This document shows positions 37,913-47,772 of a stretch of 64,000 nucleotides of DNA, piece after piece. The notes beneath the pieces are model-generated. The model searched no databases. It was given only the letters and a program-made list of their open reading frames with translations, and had not been told where the DNA came from. Each line of letters starts with the position of its first letter. Position 1 is the first letter of the stretch. This DNA comes from a virus (Duplodnaviria > Caudoviricetes), in IMG/VR virus record IMGVR_UViG_3300037420_002493, positions 1-64,000 of that record. One strand, written 5' to 3'. The position numbers and the translations under genes are program-made.

Positions 37913-38296
37913 ATGACGACATTTACTCGATTGGTTGAACTTGTCCACGCTAGCCGCGCTGCTGATCAAGCATTAATTGCGAATTATCAAGCGCAAATCA
38001 CTGAAAAGGATGCTGAGATTGCTCGGTTGAAATCAGAAGATGAAGTTGAAGATGCGGGCTACGAAGCAACGATCGAAGAGTTGCAAGCCAAAAAAGCGGA
38101 ATTAGAAGCAGCAGCAGCAGAAATTCAAGCAGGAATCGACCAACTTGCGTCTGAGTACCAGCCTGAAGCGCCTGCTCCTACGCCCACTGAAGAGCCTGTC
38201 CCAACGGAAGAACCTACTCCTACTGACAATTCTGGTGAGACGACTCCTGCTGAGGAGCCCGCTCCTGATGTAGTTGTTGAAGAGGGTGGATTCTAG
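37913..38296 (+). CDS. Acidic coiled-coil protein with PTEEP repeats
   Basis: GGAG RBS before ATG 37913. Confidence 0.6.
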   Translation: MTTFTRLVELVHASRAADQALIANYQAQITEKDAEIARLKSEDEVEDAGYEATIEELQAKKAELEAAAAEIQAGIDQLASEYQPEAPAPTPTEEPVPTEEPTPTDNSGETTPAEEPAPDVVVEEGGF

Positions 38297-38329
38297 ATCT
38301 TCAAATCACATCAGCGTTAAATCCCTTCC

Positions 38330-38361
38330 AAATCTCCTCTCAAAACAGAGGAGATTTTTTA
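38330..38361 (+). terminator. Rho-independent terminator
   Basis: AAATCTCCTCT-CAAAAC-AGAGGAGATTT followed by T run. Confidence 0.8.
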
Positions 38362-38459
38362 TTGGCAAATCGGTCACGTCTGACCGATTTCAAAGGAGCA
38401 GGTTGAGGATTGATATCTGTATGGCAGAATTCAATTTCTGAGTTCCTGTCACCATCTTT

Positions 38460-40229
38460 ATGACAACAAAGACAAGGCGTGAAATTCAAAAGTTTGCAGA
38501 ACAACACATTGGACTCGTCCGCAAAATTGCTCATCAGATCAAATTTAAATGCGAAACTGAAACCTTTGATGATTTGGTGAGCATCGGCACGATCGGGCTA
38601 ATGAAAGCTGTCGAAAAGTTCGATGACAGTCAGGGCAGTGCTTTTAGCAGTCTTGCTGTGCCCTACATTCGTGGTGAAATCCTGCACTACTTGCGTGATG
38701 CCAAAGGTGAACTGATCCGCCACCGACGCGGCGAACAACGGCAGTTCATTAACAGTCTTGATGCTCCTCTATCCCATGATTCTGAAACCACGCTACTCGA
38801 AACCATTGCAAACACGACGGCAACGATCGAGACACAAGACAGCGAAGCAGTTGCACAGCTCAGTACCTTGTTGAACCGGTTGACTTATCCCTATCGCGAA
38901 GTTCTGATCTTGATCGAGCTCAACGGACTTTTGAACAAAGAAGCGGCGGAATGGTTTGAGGTCAGTCCAGTGACAATTACTCGCTGGCTTGCCAACGCAC
39001 AGCAGCAACTTCAACAATTAAAAGATCAGCCTGAGAAATTTAAAACCAAAACCTACAAGCGCGATCGCAATGCCTTACCCTACCGCGATGAACTAAAACA
39101 ACTCCACGTTCCTGAAATTAAACGTCGATGCGAAGTGTGCGATCGCGTGTTTGGGTTATGGGAAAAAGCCTATTGCATTGCTAAATCCAATATTCCTAAA
39201 ACCTGTTCTAGCGTTTGTGCTCGTAAATTGTCGGGACAATCCAACCCTAACTTCAACGGTTGGAGCGATCTGGAAATCAAATTTCTCAAAGACCGCATTG
39301 GCAAAATGCCTACCATCAAAATTATTGAGGAATTTCAGAAACGCTGGACACATCGCACTAATACCGCGCTCAAAGTTAAGCTCAAACGCATTGCTAAATC
39401 CCTTAAATGCACTGACGACGGCTGGAGTATGCGCGATTTAGCTCGACTCCTCGATATACCCGCAGATCGAGTGCGAGTTTGGAAAAAGCGTGGACTCAAG
39501 ATGGACAAGATTCCCCGCGCTACAGTTGGGCAGTGCGTAATCTATCGCAAAGATTTACACGAATTCTGCACTGAGCAATATTGGCGATTTAGCGGTATCG
39601 ACGTTGAGAAGCTGACAGAAGTATTACAAGATCGCGCCCTCGCCGAAAAATGCGCCACTCAACCCTTAAGAAAGAAACGGGTTGAAGTTCAACATTTAGG
39701 CTCAAAGAGGGTGTATCGCAGTGCCCGCGAAGCCGCAAGAGAAATGGGCGTCGATCGCCAATTCGTGTTGCGTGAAATTAAACGTAAAGATACTGCCTTG
39801 ATGAAACAAAGCCATGTCGAAACGGTTGGGCTAGCAACACTACCTATCAAGTCATTGCACGAGCGGCGCGATGAACGATCTGTCATTGACCCATCCTTAC
39901 CAATGAACATTCGTAGACTTCGACATCCCGACGGCAGAATCTACGAAACTAATAATCTAAGCTTGTTTGCCAATATTCACGACCTTACCGATTCGCTTTT
40001 GTCGCAACTTTGTCTGGGTCGGCAAGGCACTCACAAAGGATGGAGATTTATTGATTTTTCTGACCGCCAAAGTAGATACACTTCACAACTCAATCAGAAA
40101 ACAGCCGCTCGGAAACGGCTTGATGAACCAGAGCCAAAGCAGGTGAATTTTTTACATGAACCCAAGACTTGGGAAGATTTTGCGAAACTGTTTGATCTAT
40201 TGGTTCCGGTTGAAATCGGTCAGCTATGA
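38460..40229 (+). CDS. Sigma-70 family (FliA/SigF-like) factor fused to multiple C-terminal DNA-binding domains
   Basis: GLVRKIA, FDDLVSIG.IGLMKAVEKFD...G.AFSS.AVPYIRGEILHYLRD (region 2); region-4 HTH; ~400 extra aa. Confidence 0.88.
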   Translation: MTTKTRREIQKFAEQHIGLVRKIAHQIKFKCETETFDDLVSIGTIGLMKAVEKFDDSQGSAFSSLAVPYIRGEILHYLRDAKGELIRHRRGEQRQFINSLDAPLSHDSETTLLETIANTTATIETQDSEAVAQLSTLLNRLTYPYREVLILIELNGLLNKEAAEWFEVSPVTITRWLANAQQQLQQLKDQPEKFKTKTYKRDRNALPYRDELKQLHVPEIKRRCEVCDRVFGLWEKAYCIAKSNIPKTCSSVCARKLSGQSNPNFNGWSDLEIKFLKDRIGKMPTIKIIEEFQKRWTHRTNTALKVKLKRIAKSLKCTDDGWSMRDLARLLDIPADRVRVWKKRGLKMDKIPRATVGQCVIYRKDLHEFCTEQYWRFSGIDVEKLTEVLQDRALAEKCATQPLRKKRVEVQHLGSKRVYRSAREAAREMGVDRQFVLREIKRKDTALMKQSHVETVGLATLPIKSLHERRDERSVIDPSLPMNIRRLRHPDGRIYETNNLSLFANIHDLTDSLLSQLCLGRQGTHKGWRFIDFSDRQSRYTSQLNQKTAARKRLDEPEPKQVNFLHEPKTWEDFAKLFDLLVPVEIGQL

Positions 40230-40235
40230 CCAATT

Positions 40236-40685
40236 TCACTTTAGCAGTGGTTGAGGATTAATCGCGCTCCATCCCATTACTGTGCGTTGGTGCACTTCAA
40301 AATGCAAATGCGGTCCTGTGCTTCGACCCGTGGAACCGACTCGCCCGATCGTGCTTCCAGCTTCTACCTGTTGACCAGCCTGCACATCAATTTCTGATAG
40401 ATGACCATAAAGCGTTCTACGAGCAAAGCCTTCGATCATGATGCACTTGCCGTAACCCCCATACCAACCTGCCTTAACGACCTTTCCTGCGTGGGCAGCG
40501 AGCACGATCGTTCCTAATGGGGCTACCAAATCAATTCCTCTGTGCGGACGGCAGATACCAGTAAGACAACGATTGGGGGAGAACGGGGAACTGACAGGGG
40601 CACGATCGGACAGGGGATATTGCAGCGTTTCTGTTAGAGGTCGAACATACGCTAGTTGAGCCGCAAACAAGAGAGAAACAAACAT
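40236..40685 (-). CDS. M23 family metallopeptidase
   Basis: H.GIDL..P.GT, LYGHL, GSTGRSTGPHLHFEV. Confidence 0.93.
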   Translation of the reverse strand: MFVSLLFAAQLAYVRPLTETLQYPLSDRAPVSSPFSPNRCLTGICRPHRGIDLVAPLGTIVLAAHAGKVVKAGWYGGYGKCIMIEGFARRTLYGHLSEIDVQAGQQVEAGSTIGRVGSTGRSTGPHLHFEVHQRTVMGWSAINPQPLLK

Positions 40686-40801
40686 AGTGAGGAGATGTAG
40701 GGTTGCATTGTGTTTGTCGAATAAATTTGATTGGGCTTTTTGTAAAGTTAGCGTGAAGCTTCTATTGATTGGTACGTTATACCTTGCATTGCAGGATACG
40801 G

Positions 40802-41512
40802 CTAAAACAATTCAGGCATTCCGACAAACCACCCCTGTTGGAATTCGACGCCTAACTCTCTTAAAAAGACTTGAACTGCTCTCGTCTCAACCCCTTCCGC
40901 GATCGTGGTGGCGCGTGTGAGCCGTGCTGCATTCACTAGAAAATCGACGGTGAGGAAATCGATCGGGCAATGACTGACCCCAGCCACAATGGAGCGGTCT
41001 AATTTCACCGCATTAATCGGCAGAAACTTGAGCAGCGCTAGATTTGTGTAGCCCACACCAAAATCATCCAGAGCAAATTGCCCCCCTTCACACCGCCAAA
41101 ATTCAGCAAAGGCACGAATTCGATTCAGGTCGGGAGCAATAGCCGTTTCAGTGAGTTCAAATGTGATGCGCGACGGGCTGATGTTGTACTCTGTGCAGGT
41201 ATCCACAACCCAGTGGGGCAAATCGGGATCAGAGGCAGTGATGGCAGAGAGGTTAATTGAGTATTCAGCGGCATCTTTGGCGATGCGTTGAAGTGCCTGT
41301 TCGATGATGATTCGGTCTAGAACTGGAATCCATCCGCCCTGCTCAGCAGACCGAATGATTGCATCTGGAGACGAGGGACGATCGTCTAAGTTTAGCCTCA
41401 GTAATATTTCATATTTGTCACCACAAATTTGCCCTAGCAAAGGTTTAATTGGTTGACGCATGAGCATTAACCAATCCGATCGTAGTAATGGTTGTAGTGC
41501 CGTAAAAACCAA
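40802..41512 (-). CDS. Stand-alone EAL-domain c-di-GMP phosphodiesterase
   Basis: EILLR, SINLS, FELTE, ALDDFG.GY, KLDRS, AEGVE, QQGW all present. Confidence 0.9.
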   Translation of the reverse strand: MVFTALQPLLRSDWLMLMRQPIKPLLGQICGDKYEILLRLNLDDRPSSPDAIIRSAEQGGWIPVLDRIIIEQALQRIAKDAAEYSINLSAITASDPDLPHWVVDTCTEYNISPSRITFELTETAIAPDLNRIRAFAEFWRCEGGQFALDDFGVGYTNLALLKFLPINAVKLDRSIVAGVSHCPIDFLTVDFLVNAARLTRATTIAEGVETRAVQVFLRELGVEFQQGWFVGMPELF

Positions 41513-41670
41513 TGCTAAGGAATACGAAAAACTGAACCTATTCTAAAAGAATTGAGTAGCATTATAGGCAATTAGATAGATGGCAAATAAAAACAGGTTC
41601 AGTAGTTACAGCGATATCAGGTCAAAAAATAAAGAGATAATAAAGGAAGAAAGTTTGTTTGGGGATTCTG

Positions 41671-42120
41671 ATGTACAGTCCAGAATCGCAAGTTGCGGTT
41701 TTGAATCAAGCGGTCGAACTGCTAAAAGCAGCAACAGATCGGTTGTACAGCCGCTTTGAAAACCTCGATAAAAGTATCATTGATGCTGTAAAGTCGATCG
41801 GTCAAGACATGAGAGCTACTCAGGATGCGTTGAAGTTGGACATCGAGAAAGTTCAAGAAGAAGCTGAAACGCATCTGAGAGAAATGCAGCGCAAGTTCGA
41901 CGCCGATTTGAAAGAGACGCAGAACAAGTTTGACGCCAAGCTAGAATTGGTGCGCTCTGAAGTAACGTTAGACAAGATTAAGATTGGTCAATTGACCCAG
42001 ATTGCGACTGCTGCGTGCGTTGTCGCTACTGTGTCATTTACAGGTCTCGCAGGGATTGCTATCACCAACGTTTTCAAACAACCTCAAGTAGCTGCCAGCG
42101 TGGCTGATGTCAAAAAGTAA
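41671..42120 (+). CDS. Coiled-coil protein with C-terminal TM helix (holin/spanin candidate)
   Basis: Coupled to downstream peptidase. Confidence 0.55.
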   Translation: MYSPESQVAVLNQAVELLKAATDRLYSRFENLDKSIIDAVKSIGQDMRATQDALKLDIEKVQEEAETHLREMQRKFDADLKETQNKFDAKLELVRSEVTLDKIKIGQLTQIATAACVVATVSFTGLAGIAITNVFKQPQVAASVADVKK

Positions 42121-42908
42121 TGCCTACCCTGAAAATCATCAAACCAACGATCGCGAAGCAAAGTACTGCTCAAGCGTCAACACTTCCTCCCTGCTATCGA
42201 GTCAATTTGGAAGCAGGAACCTACTCAATCCTGAAGATTGAATACGCAGGCTCGAAGCACTACAAGGTAGGGTTTCCTAAACCTATCCAGTCATCCGACA
42301 AAACCAAGTCTTTTCAAACCTGGTGTATCTTTGCTGAGGATTTAGAAATTCCAGGGGATGCAGAAACGATCGTGGGCACAACGGGTGAAGTAAAACTCGG
42401 AATGCGCTACCGATCGCAGCGCAATAATGAACTGAATCCCGATGGTTCCTGTAACGTGACATCATTTGCCATGTGCCTCGACTTCCTAGGAGCCAAGCGC
42501 AAAGAGAGTGAGGGGCAGTTTGAGGATGAACTGTATCGCTACTGCGAAAACCACGATTTGTGCCGTCACACTCCGGAGGGTTTAAAGTCGCTAGCAGAAG
42601 CCTATGGAGTGAAAGATGATTTTCACTCAGATGCAGATATTGAGCAGATTAAAGCCCATCTGAGATTGGGGCTTCCAGCAGTGCTGCAAGGGTACTTCAC
42701 TGGCTTTGGTCATGTTGTCGCGCTGAACGGCTGTAATGATGATGGATTCTGGGTGTACGACCCCTATGGGGAGTGGAATATTTGGGGCTACACCCGCAAC
42801 AGTATCTGGGGTGAAGATGGACCGGGAGACAATATCTTTTACTCCGATCGTCTGATTCAAGATACGTGCGATCGGGATGGCATTTGGGCACATTTACTGT
42901 CGAAGTGA
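42120..42908 (+). CDS. C39-like cysteine peptidase (endolysin candidate)
   Basis: Q..N......CNVTS.AM.L, GHVV.L.G, VYDPYG catalytic triad. Confidence 0.85.
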   Translation: MPTLKIIKPTIAKQSTAQASTLPPCYRVNLEAGTYSILKIEYAGSKHYKVGFPKPIQSSDKTKSFQTWCIFAEDLEIPGDAETIVGTTGEVKLGMRYRSQRNNELNPDGSCNVTSFAMCLDFLGAKRKESEGQFEDELYRYCENHDLCRHTPEGLKSLAEAYGVKDDFHSDADIEQIKAHLRLGLPAVLQGYFTGFGHVVALNGCNDDGFWVYDPYGEWNIWGYTRNSIWGEDGPGDNIFYSDRLIQDTCDRDGIWAHLLSK

Positions 42909-42935
42909 AATCGGTCATAGCTGACCGATTGTTCA

Positions 42936-43400
42936 CTAGAACACGAGTCTAAATAATCCAGAGATTCTCAACTTCCACAAATAGCCGTACTTATTGCGAT
43001 TCGCCCACGGGTCAGCTTTGAAGGCTTGATAATTGCCGAAGTTATGGGCACATCCGGGGCGATTGGAGTGGTGCAAGTCACACAATGGGAACACCTGCCA
43101 GAGTGGAATCTCGAACCCTGGAAGCGGTAGGCTATAACCCCACAGAATAGGGATGAGTGACAATCCAAATAAGGACAATGGAGTGATTAAGGCAACGATC
43201 GACGAAAGAATCGTAATCGGATACACGATCGGAAGTCCATAGTAAGCGTGATGCACTTCGGTGGCAGGAGAGGAGCAGCACACGCATTTACCACGAGTGA
43301 GAGCCTTTGCTCGTTTAGCAGTCTTGCGCCATTTCTGAGGATGGTAGCGCTTGATTGCGTTGGGATTGCTGACCCAACCATCGCGTTTTAGATATGACAT
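42936..43400 (-). CDS. HNH-like protein with internal hydrophobic insertion
   Basis: CVCC...ATEVHH..Y ... LFPLC-like (VFPLCDLHH) split by ~35 hydrophobic residues. Confidence 0.55.
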   Translation of the reverse strand: MSYLKRDGWVSNPNAIKRYHPQKWRKTAKRAKALTRGKCVCCSSPATEVHHAYYGLPIVYPITILSSIVALITPLSLFGLSLIPILWGYSLPLPGFEIPLWQVFPLCDLHHSNRPGCAHNFGNYQAFKADPWANRNKYGYLWKLRISGLFRLVF

Positions 43401-43660
43401 TACACTTCAGCCGTTTTTGCCGCATTCAGAAAATCAGCCCCTAATATTTCCATCATTTCTGGTAAATGTTTGGGGATTGAAAAGCTGATTGGGAAAGTTT
43501 CCCCGTTTTTATCGAGAAACGCTTTCATCGCCTCGTCGATCGTGTTTTCAACAGTGAAGTCTACAGGTACTCCGTCTTGCTCTAGCTGAGCGCAAATCAC
43601 GCATCCTTGAGGGATTTTGGAATAGATGTCGTTTTGGTATTTCCAGATCTTTACTTTCAT
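43400..43660 (-). CDS. Hypothetical protein
   Basis: 86 aa, coupled in operon. Confidence 0.55.
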   Translation of the reverse strand: MKVKIWKYQNDIYSKIPQGCVICAQLEQDGVPVDFTVENTIDEAMKAFLDKNGETFPISFSIPKHLPEMMEILGADFLNAAKTAEV

Positions 43661-43663
43661 TGC

Positions 43664-44044
43664 TTATTTCCGAGAAGTACAAATTGCTGCGATCGCGGAG
43701 GGGAAAACCCACACGGCAGACTGAGGAGCAGAGAAGCCCACTAACAGAGAGGCGATTCCTGAAACTCCAGTAAAGAGGGTGGTTTTGAGCGCGATCGTGA
43801 TTAAGGTTTTCCGTCGTTCCTCTAGCAATGCAGCCGCGAGCTGCTGACCTGCAATCCGATCATTCTCAAGTTCAACTCCACACTGCTGCTGAATAAAGCT
43901 ATTGATTCCAGGCTGATACCGCTCACTAAACCCTTGTTGTAATGCGGCTAGTTTGGCATCAGCCACAATTGCCCCTAGCTCTAGGTCGTCATCAATTCCC
44001 AGGTCTAGCGGAATATCCGAGGGTAGAGGCTTGATTCGCTTCAT
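43664..44044 (-). CDS. Hypothetical membrane protein
   Basis: C-terminal hydrophobic segments. Confidence 0.6.
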   Translation of the reverse strand: MKRIKPLPSDIPLDLGIDDDLELGAIVADAKLAALQQGFSERYQPGINSFIQQQCGVELENDRIAGQQLAAALLEERRKTLITIALKTTLFTGVSGIASLLVGFSAPQSAVWVFPSAIAAICTSRK

Positions 44045-44270
44045 AGGGTCTGAGGGTTTGGGCTACAGCCACAACGCAGGATAGGGTAAGAGCACTTAGA
44101 GCAAGCAATGCCACGATCGTGATGAGGTTTTGCCGCAATTCTGATCGTCTATGCTCTTGCGCCTGCCTTCTGGCATGAGCCGTTAAGGTATCAATCACCT
44201 CCGGATCATCCCCAGAGCAGGACAGATAACCTGTAGGGGTGACAGTGAATTGAATCGGGGAATTACTCAT
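43992..44270 (-). CDS. Hypothetical single-pass membrane protein
   Basis: Start MSNSPIQF; one TM helix. Confidence 0.55.
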   Translation of the reverse strand: MSNSPIQFTVTPTGYLSCSGDDPEVIDTLTAHARRQAQEHRRSELRQNLITIVALLALSALTLSCVVAVAQTLRPYEANQASTLGYSARPGN

Positions 44271-44604
44271 CTTTGCCGTCTCCATACAGGTCGGATTCGT
44301 TGACTCCATGAGCTTCATAGATGGCATTCTTCAGCAGAGTGTTGACCTTGCGCTGGGAATCTCGAATATGACCTTGAAATAGTTTCAGGTTGTTTGAGAA
44401 GCGCTCCTCATAGACCTGATATGCCTTAGCAAAGGGAGCATCAGCCGCTGCGATCGCCGCTTCGCTTAACTCTTCACTCAGCTCAATTTTGGGCGCTTCC
44501 TTGGTTTGAGGTGTTAGCTTCTGTTTCTGCTCAGATTGAGGCTTGACGAGTTGAGATTGGGGTTTGGGTTGTTGAGATTGTTGGGGTTTAACTAAATCAG
44601 ACAT
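44263..44604 (-). CDS. Hypothetical protein
   Basis: Q/K/P-rich N-terminus, coiled coil. Confidence 0.6.
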   Translation of the reverse strand: MSDLVKPQQSQQPKPQSQLVKPQSEQKQKLTPQTKEAPKIELSEELSEAAIAAADAPFAKAYQVYEERFSNNLKLFQGHIRDSQRKVNTLLKNAIYEAHGVNESDLYGDGKDE

Positions 44605-44613
44605 TCTGAACTC

Positions 44614-45009
44614 CTATACGATTAATGGTTTGGTAAGTTTTTTGGCAAGAAAGTTTTCAATCAGTCGGTCGCAATCTTCGCGAGAGCCACCCGCCAGCTT
44701 GACAAACTCTAGAGCCACCTCATCGCCTTGTTGAGTACACAGTTCAACAAAGCTTTTTCGTGAGGCAAAGGGGTGAGCCCGTTTGTAGCAGGCAAGAACA
44801 TAGAGCCGCCACACTCCCTCTTTATTGATGGGTTTATATTCTGTTAGCCCGATCGCGACGGCATCACGACTCACGATCGAGGGGTCAATCCCTCCAAACA
44901 TCTCCGCAACTTCGCGACGAGTAAAGGAAACAGGTTCTACCGTCACTGGAGTTGGGAGATGAGGTAAAGGGTCTTTCGGGGGTCTTCTCATGCAAAGCGT
45001 GTTAGGCAT
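44614..45009 (-). CDS. Putative HTH DNA-binding protein
   Basis: FTRREVAEMFGGIDPSIVSR. Confidence 0.55.
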   Translation of the reverse strand: MPNTLCMRRPPKDPLPHLPTPVTVEPVSFTRREVAEMFGGIDPSIVSRDAVAIGLTEYKPINKEGVWRLYVLACYKRAHPFASRKSFVELCTQQGDEVALEFVKLAGGSREDCDRLIENFLAKKLTKPLIV

Positions 45010-45169
45010 GTGAGTTCTTAAAACGTGCGATTACCATGCGATTACCATGCAAACAATTCGAGCGCGTCGGTTAGCTAAAGTTGCACGAAGCCTAAAAGGT
45101 GGAAATTTTCATAATTGAGGCTGAGTAGGGATTACAGAGACTCTGAAAAAGTCGAGATAGCATGTCGTG

Positions 45170-46552
45170 CTACATCACCGCTTTGAACGACTTCAGATCG
45201 GGCAGAAGCTGAAGCTTAGACCCAATGGTTGAGAAGATCACAGGCGTTTTCACTTGCATTGATTTAGCTTTTAGTCCTTCTAACTCTGTGAGTAAACGAT
45301 CTCCATCTACAGGAACTAGGTATCGATTTCTCAGCAAAGTAGCAATCATGTTGAAGTCGCCCCGCTGCCTGCCTAACTCATCCACCCATGCGTAGCCCTG
45401 GCAGAGAATGTTGAGGTTGTTGCGAATGTTAGCGTCTTCTGCGATTCCCAATGCTGCAACGTTATAACTTTGAGTATCCACAATCAGCCCAACGTTCATC
45501 TCTCTTCCTACGGTGACGAGAGTGGAGAGCTTTTTAGAATAGTTGGACTTGTACCACTTCTCATCCTTAACGGTCTCCCAGATGGAATGCCAGTCGGACA
45601 GAATGAGACGAACCGGACGATCTTTAAAGTCACGCTGCGACTCAAGCGCCTGCCGCCGCTCATTGAAAATGTTGTAGACAGAATCAATGGTTTGAATGGC
45701 GGTTAGAGGGTTAACGGGGTCAAAAACGGTCAGCCGTCCCCGTTCTCTCAACCCACAGAAACTGTCATTTTTTTGAGCAATCACCCACGCTTCGAGGTTG
45801 GGATATTTAGCAAACATCCGGTTCAAAATGTATGCCTCAGAGACACTCTTTCCAGTTCCTGTAGCCGATGCGAAGACAGTCGAGATATCGGTGACGACAA
45901 TTTCATCGAGTGCCTGACAGATGCCAGGTTGTTCGATGGGTTGTTCAACGATCGGTGGTTCTGGATCTGCGACGGGCGTGGGGACTGCGACTGGCTGAAT
46001 TGGCTGAACGATCGGAACTGGGGTAACAATCTGAGAGGGCTGAACCTGTGGAGCAGGCTCTTGAGTTAGTGCAGGTTGACTTACAGGTTGAGAGACTTGC
46101 TTGGGTTCGTCTTCCGGCTCCTCCTCGTCTTCTAGGTCTACATCGATATCATCGGGATCAACTCCTAGATATTCGGCGTAGTACCGACGCGCATCATCCT
46201 CGGCAATCACTTCATCGACTTGCAGTTTCGCGCCTGCATGGAGTTGAAGCTTTTGAACCTTGTGCTGGGCGATCGTTTGGTTTTGGGCGTAAGCGATATC
46301 CTCCTCTTGTTGCCTAAATCGTTCTTCGATGCGCTCTGCCTTCTCAATTTCTTCAGAAGCCTTAATCGTGAAAGCGAATGCACCACCCCCGATCGCGGCG
46401 GAAAACAGAGACGCGAGCAGCGTTCCACCGGATTTCTGCTCAGAGGATAGCGAGCTAGTCGCACAGATGATCCCTAACACCCCAATCGCTAATCCTATGC
46501 CGACGTGGGTTCGGTTGAGTCGTTCCGTGTGGGGCATGTGCTGTACGGTCAT
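45170..46552 (-). CDS. Membrane-anchored P-loop ATPase (FtsK/VirB4/TraB-like architecture)
   Basis: Two N-terminal TM helices, coiled coil, P/Q/E linker, Walker A ASATGTGKS, Walker B-like LILSDW. Confidence 0.75.
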   Translation of the reverse strand: MTVQHMPHTERLNRTHVGIGLAIGVLGIICATSSLSSEQKSGGTLLASLFSAAIGGGAFAFTIKASEEIEKAERIEERFRQQEEDIAYAQNQTIAQHKVQKLQLHAGAKLQVDEVIAEDDARRYYAEYLGVDPDDIDVDLEDEEEPEDEPKQVSQPVSQPALTQEPAPQVQPSQIVTPVPIVQPIQPVAVPTPVADPEPPIVEQPIEQPGICQALDEIVVTDISTVFASATGTGKSVSEAYILNRMFAKYPNLEAWVIAQKNDSFCGLRERGRLTVFDPVNPLTAIQTIDSVYNIFNERRQALESQRDFKDRPVRLILSDWHSIWETVKDEKWYKSNYSKKLSTLVTVGREMNVGLIVDTQSYNVAALGIAEDANIRNNLNILCQGYAWVDELGRQRGDFNMIATLLRNRYLVPVDGDRLLTELEGLKAKSMQVKTPVIFSTIGSKLQLLPDLKSFKAVM

Positions 46553-47019
46553 CGTGACCTCCGAAACAGTAAACTTGCCCCCACTGCCGCCATGAGCACG
46601 ATCGCCGGGACGCTAATCTGTAGCCCTAGCTTTTGGCTAGAGGGTTCTGCCATCGTGCCGTAGATGGCATCCCACGAGCCGCCGATAATGCCGAAGACGA
46701 CGATCACGCCGATCATCACTGCCATGATGCGCTCGGAGGTGCGACGAGATAGACAGGTGTAGACGATACAGCCCACGATCGCAATACCGACAATGAGCAG
46801 GTATCCGGGCAGTACACCCGGAATCAAGCGGGCAAATAGCGTAGAGCCAAGCCCGATTGAGAACAGCAGCCCGATCCGAGAAACGCCCCGAACGATGTCG
46901 TGGAACGTCATCGGTTTAGGTGCTTCCTCAACCTCCCAATCTCCGCCCGGAACGAGAAACGAGTTGCCCTGCTTCAGCCTGCGCGGGTCATAGATGAATG
47001 ATTCGTCGTTGTCGAACAT
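46549..47019 (-). CDS. Four-TM membrane protein
   Basis: Four hydrophobic helices; overlaps ATPase start. Confidence 0.7.
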   Translation of the reverse strand: MFDNDESFIYDPRRLKQGNSFLVPGGDWEVEEAPKPMTFHDIVRGVSRIGLLFSIGLGSTLFARLIPGVLPGYLLIVGIAIVGCIVYTCLSRRTSERIMAVMIGVIVVFGIIGGSWDAIYGTMAEPSSQKLGLQISVPAIVLMAAVGASLLFRRSR

Positions 47020-47028
47020 GGCTCAACC

Positions 47029-47688
47029 CTAGTTAAACAGCGCTGTCATTGGACTGCCCTTTCTGGGCGATACCGTCTTGCCGTTGATCAAGTCGTTAAA
47101 CTGACGCCGCTCGTCTGATCTAACTTTCGCTTCGGCGGGCTGCTCTCTGATTCGAGTTAAGTCATCAGCAACCTTTTCGCGACTGACTTGTTTATCGACC
47201 CTCATTTGGGCGATCGCTTTCTTCCGCATGGCAGCAAGTTCTAATTTGAATTTGTTCTTGCCAGCGGTGAGGTCTAGCTTGCCTTTGCGGTTAGCGAGCT
47301 GGATGCCATGCTGAGTATCTTGGGCGATTTTGCTTAGGGTTTGATGATGCTTGGCGACGGTGATCTCTAACTGAGACACCATCTTTTCGATTTGCTCTTT
47401 TCTGGAGAGGGACGCCTCGATCGCTTCCTTGCGAAGTTTCTCAATCTCAACAGTGCATTCAGTAATGATTTTGATGCTTTCAAGTAAGGACTTAGCAACG
47501 TCTACCTGAATCTTCATTGAGTTGGCGTAGTTGCGTAACTCGTGGGCATCTTGCCCTGTGGCATTGCCCAGTTTGGTGATATCAAAGCCGAATTGAGCTG
47601 ACAACCCTTGGAGTAAACCAGGGGTGCTACCCTCAACACCTACTCGAAATTTTGGGATTCTGCCGTTTGAAGAGTTTGTGCTGGTCAT
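47029..47688 (-). CDS. Coiled-coil hypothetical protein
   Basis: Start MTSTNSS; first gene of ATPase cluster. Confidence 0.65.
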   Translation of the reverse strand: MTSTNSSNGRIPKFRVGVEGSTPGLLQGLSAQFGFDITKLGNATGQDAHELRNYANSMKIQVDVAKSLLESIKIITECTVEIEKLRKEAIEASLSRKEQIEKMVSQLEITVAKHHQTLSKIAQDTQHGIQLANRKGKLDLTAGKNKFKLELAAMRKKAIAQMRVDKQVSREKVADDLTRIREQPAEAKVRSDERRQFNDLINGKTVSPRKGSPMTALFN

Positions 47689-47772
47689 GCTGCACCATGT
47701 AGGGAATGCAATTACTAAAAAACATACTCCCGTCAAGAGAGTATGTCAACTTGCCATAAGTCATTTGTTCTA

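Noticed and set aside
38160-38290. PTEEP tandem repeats as a DNA repeat element
   Set aside because: Explained by low-complexity protein sequence.
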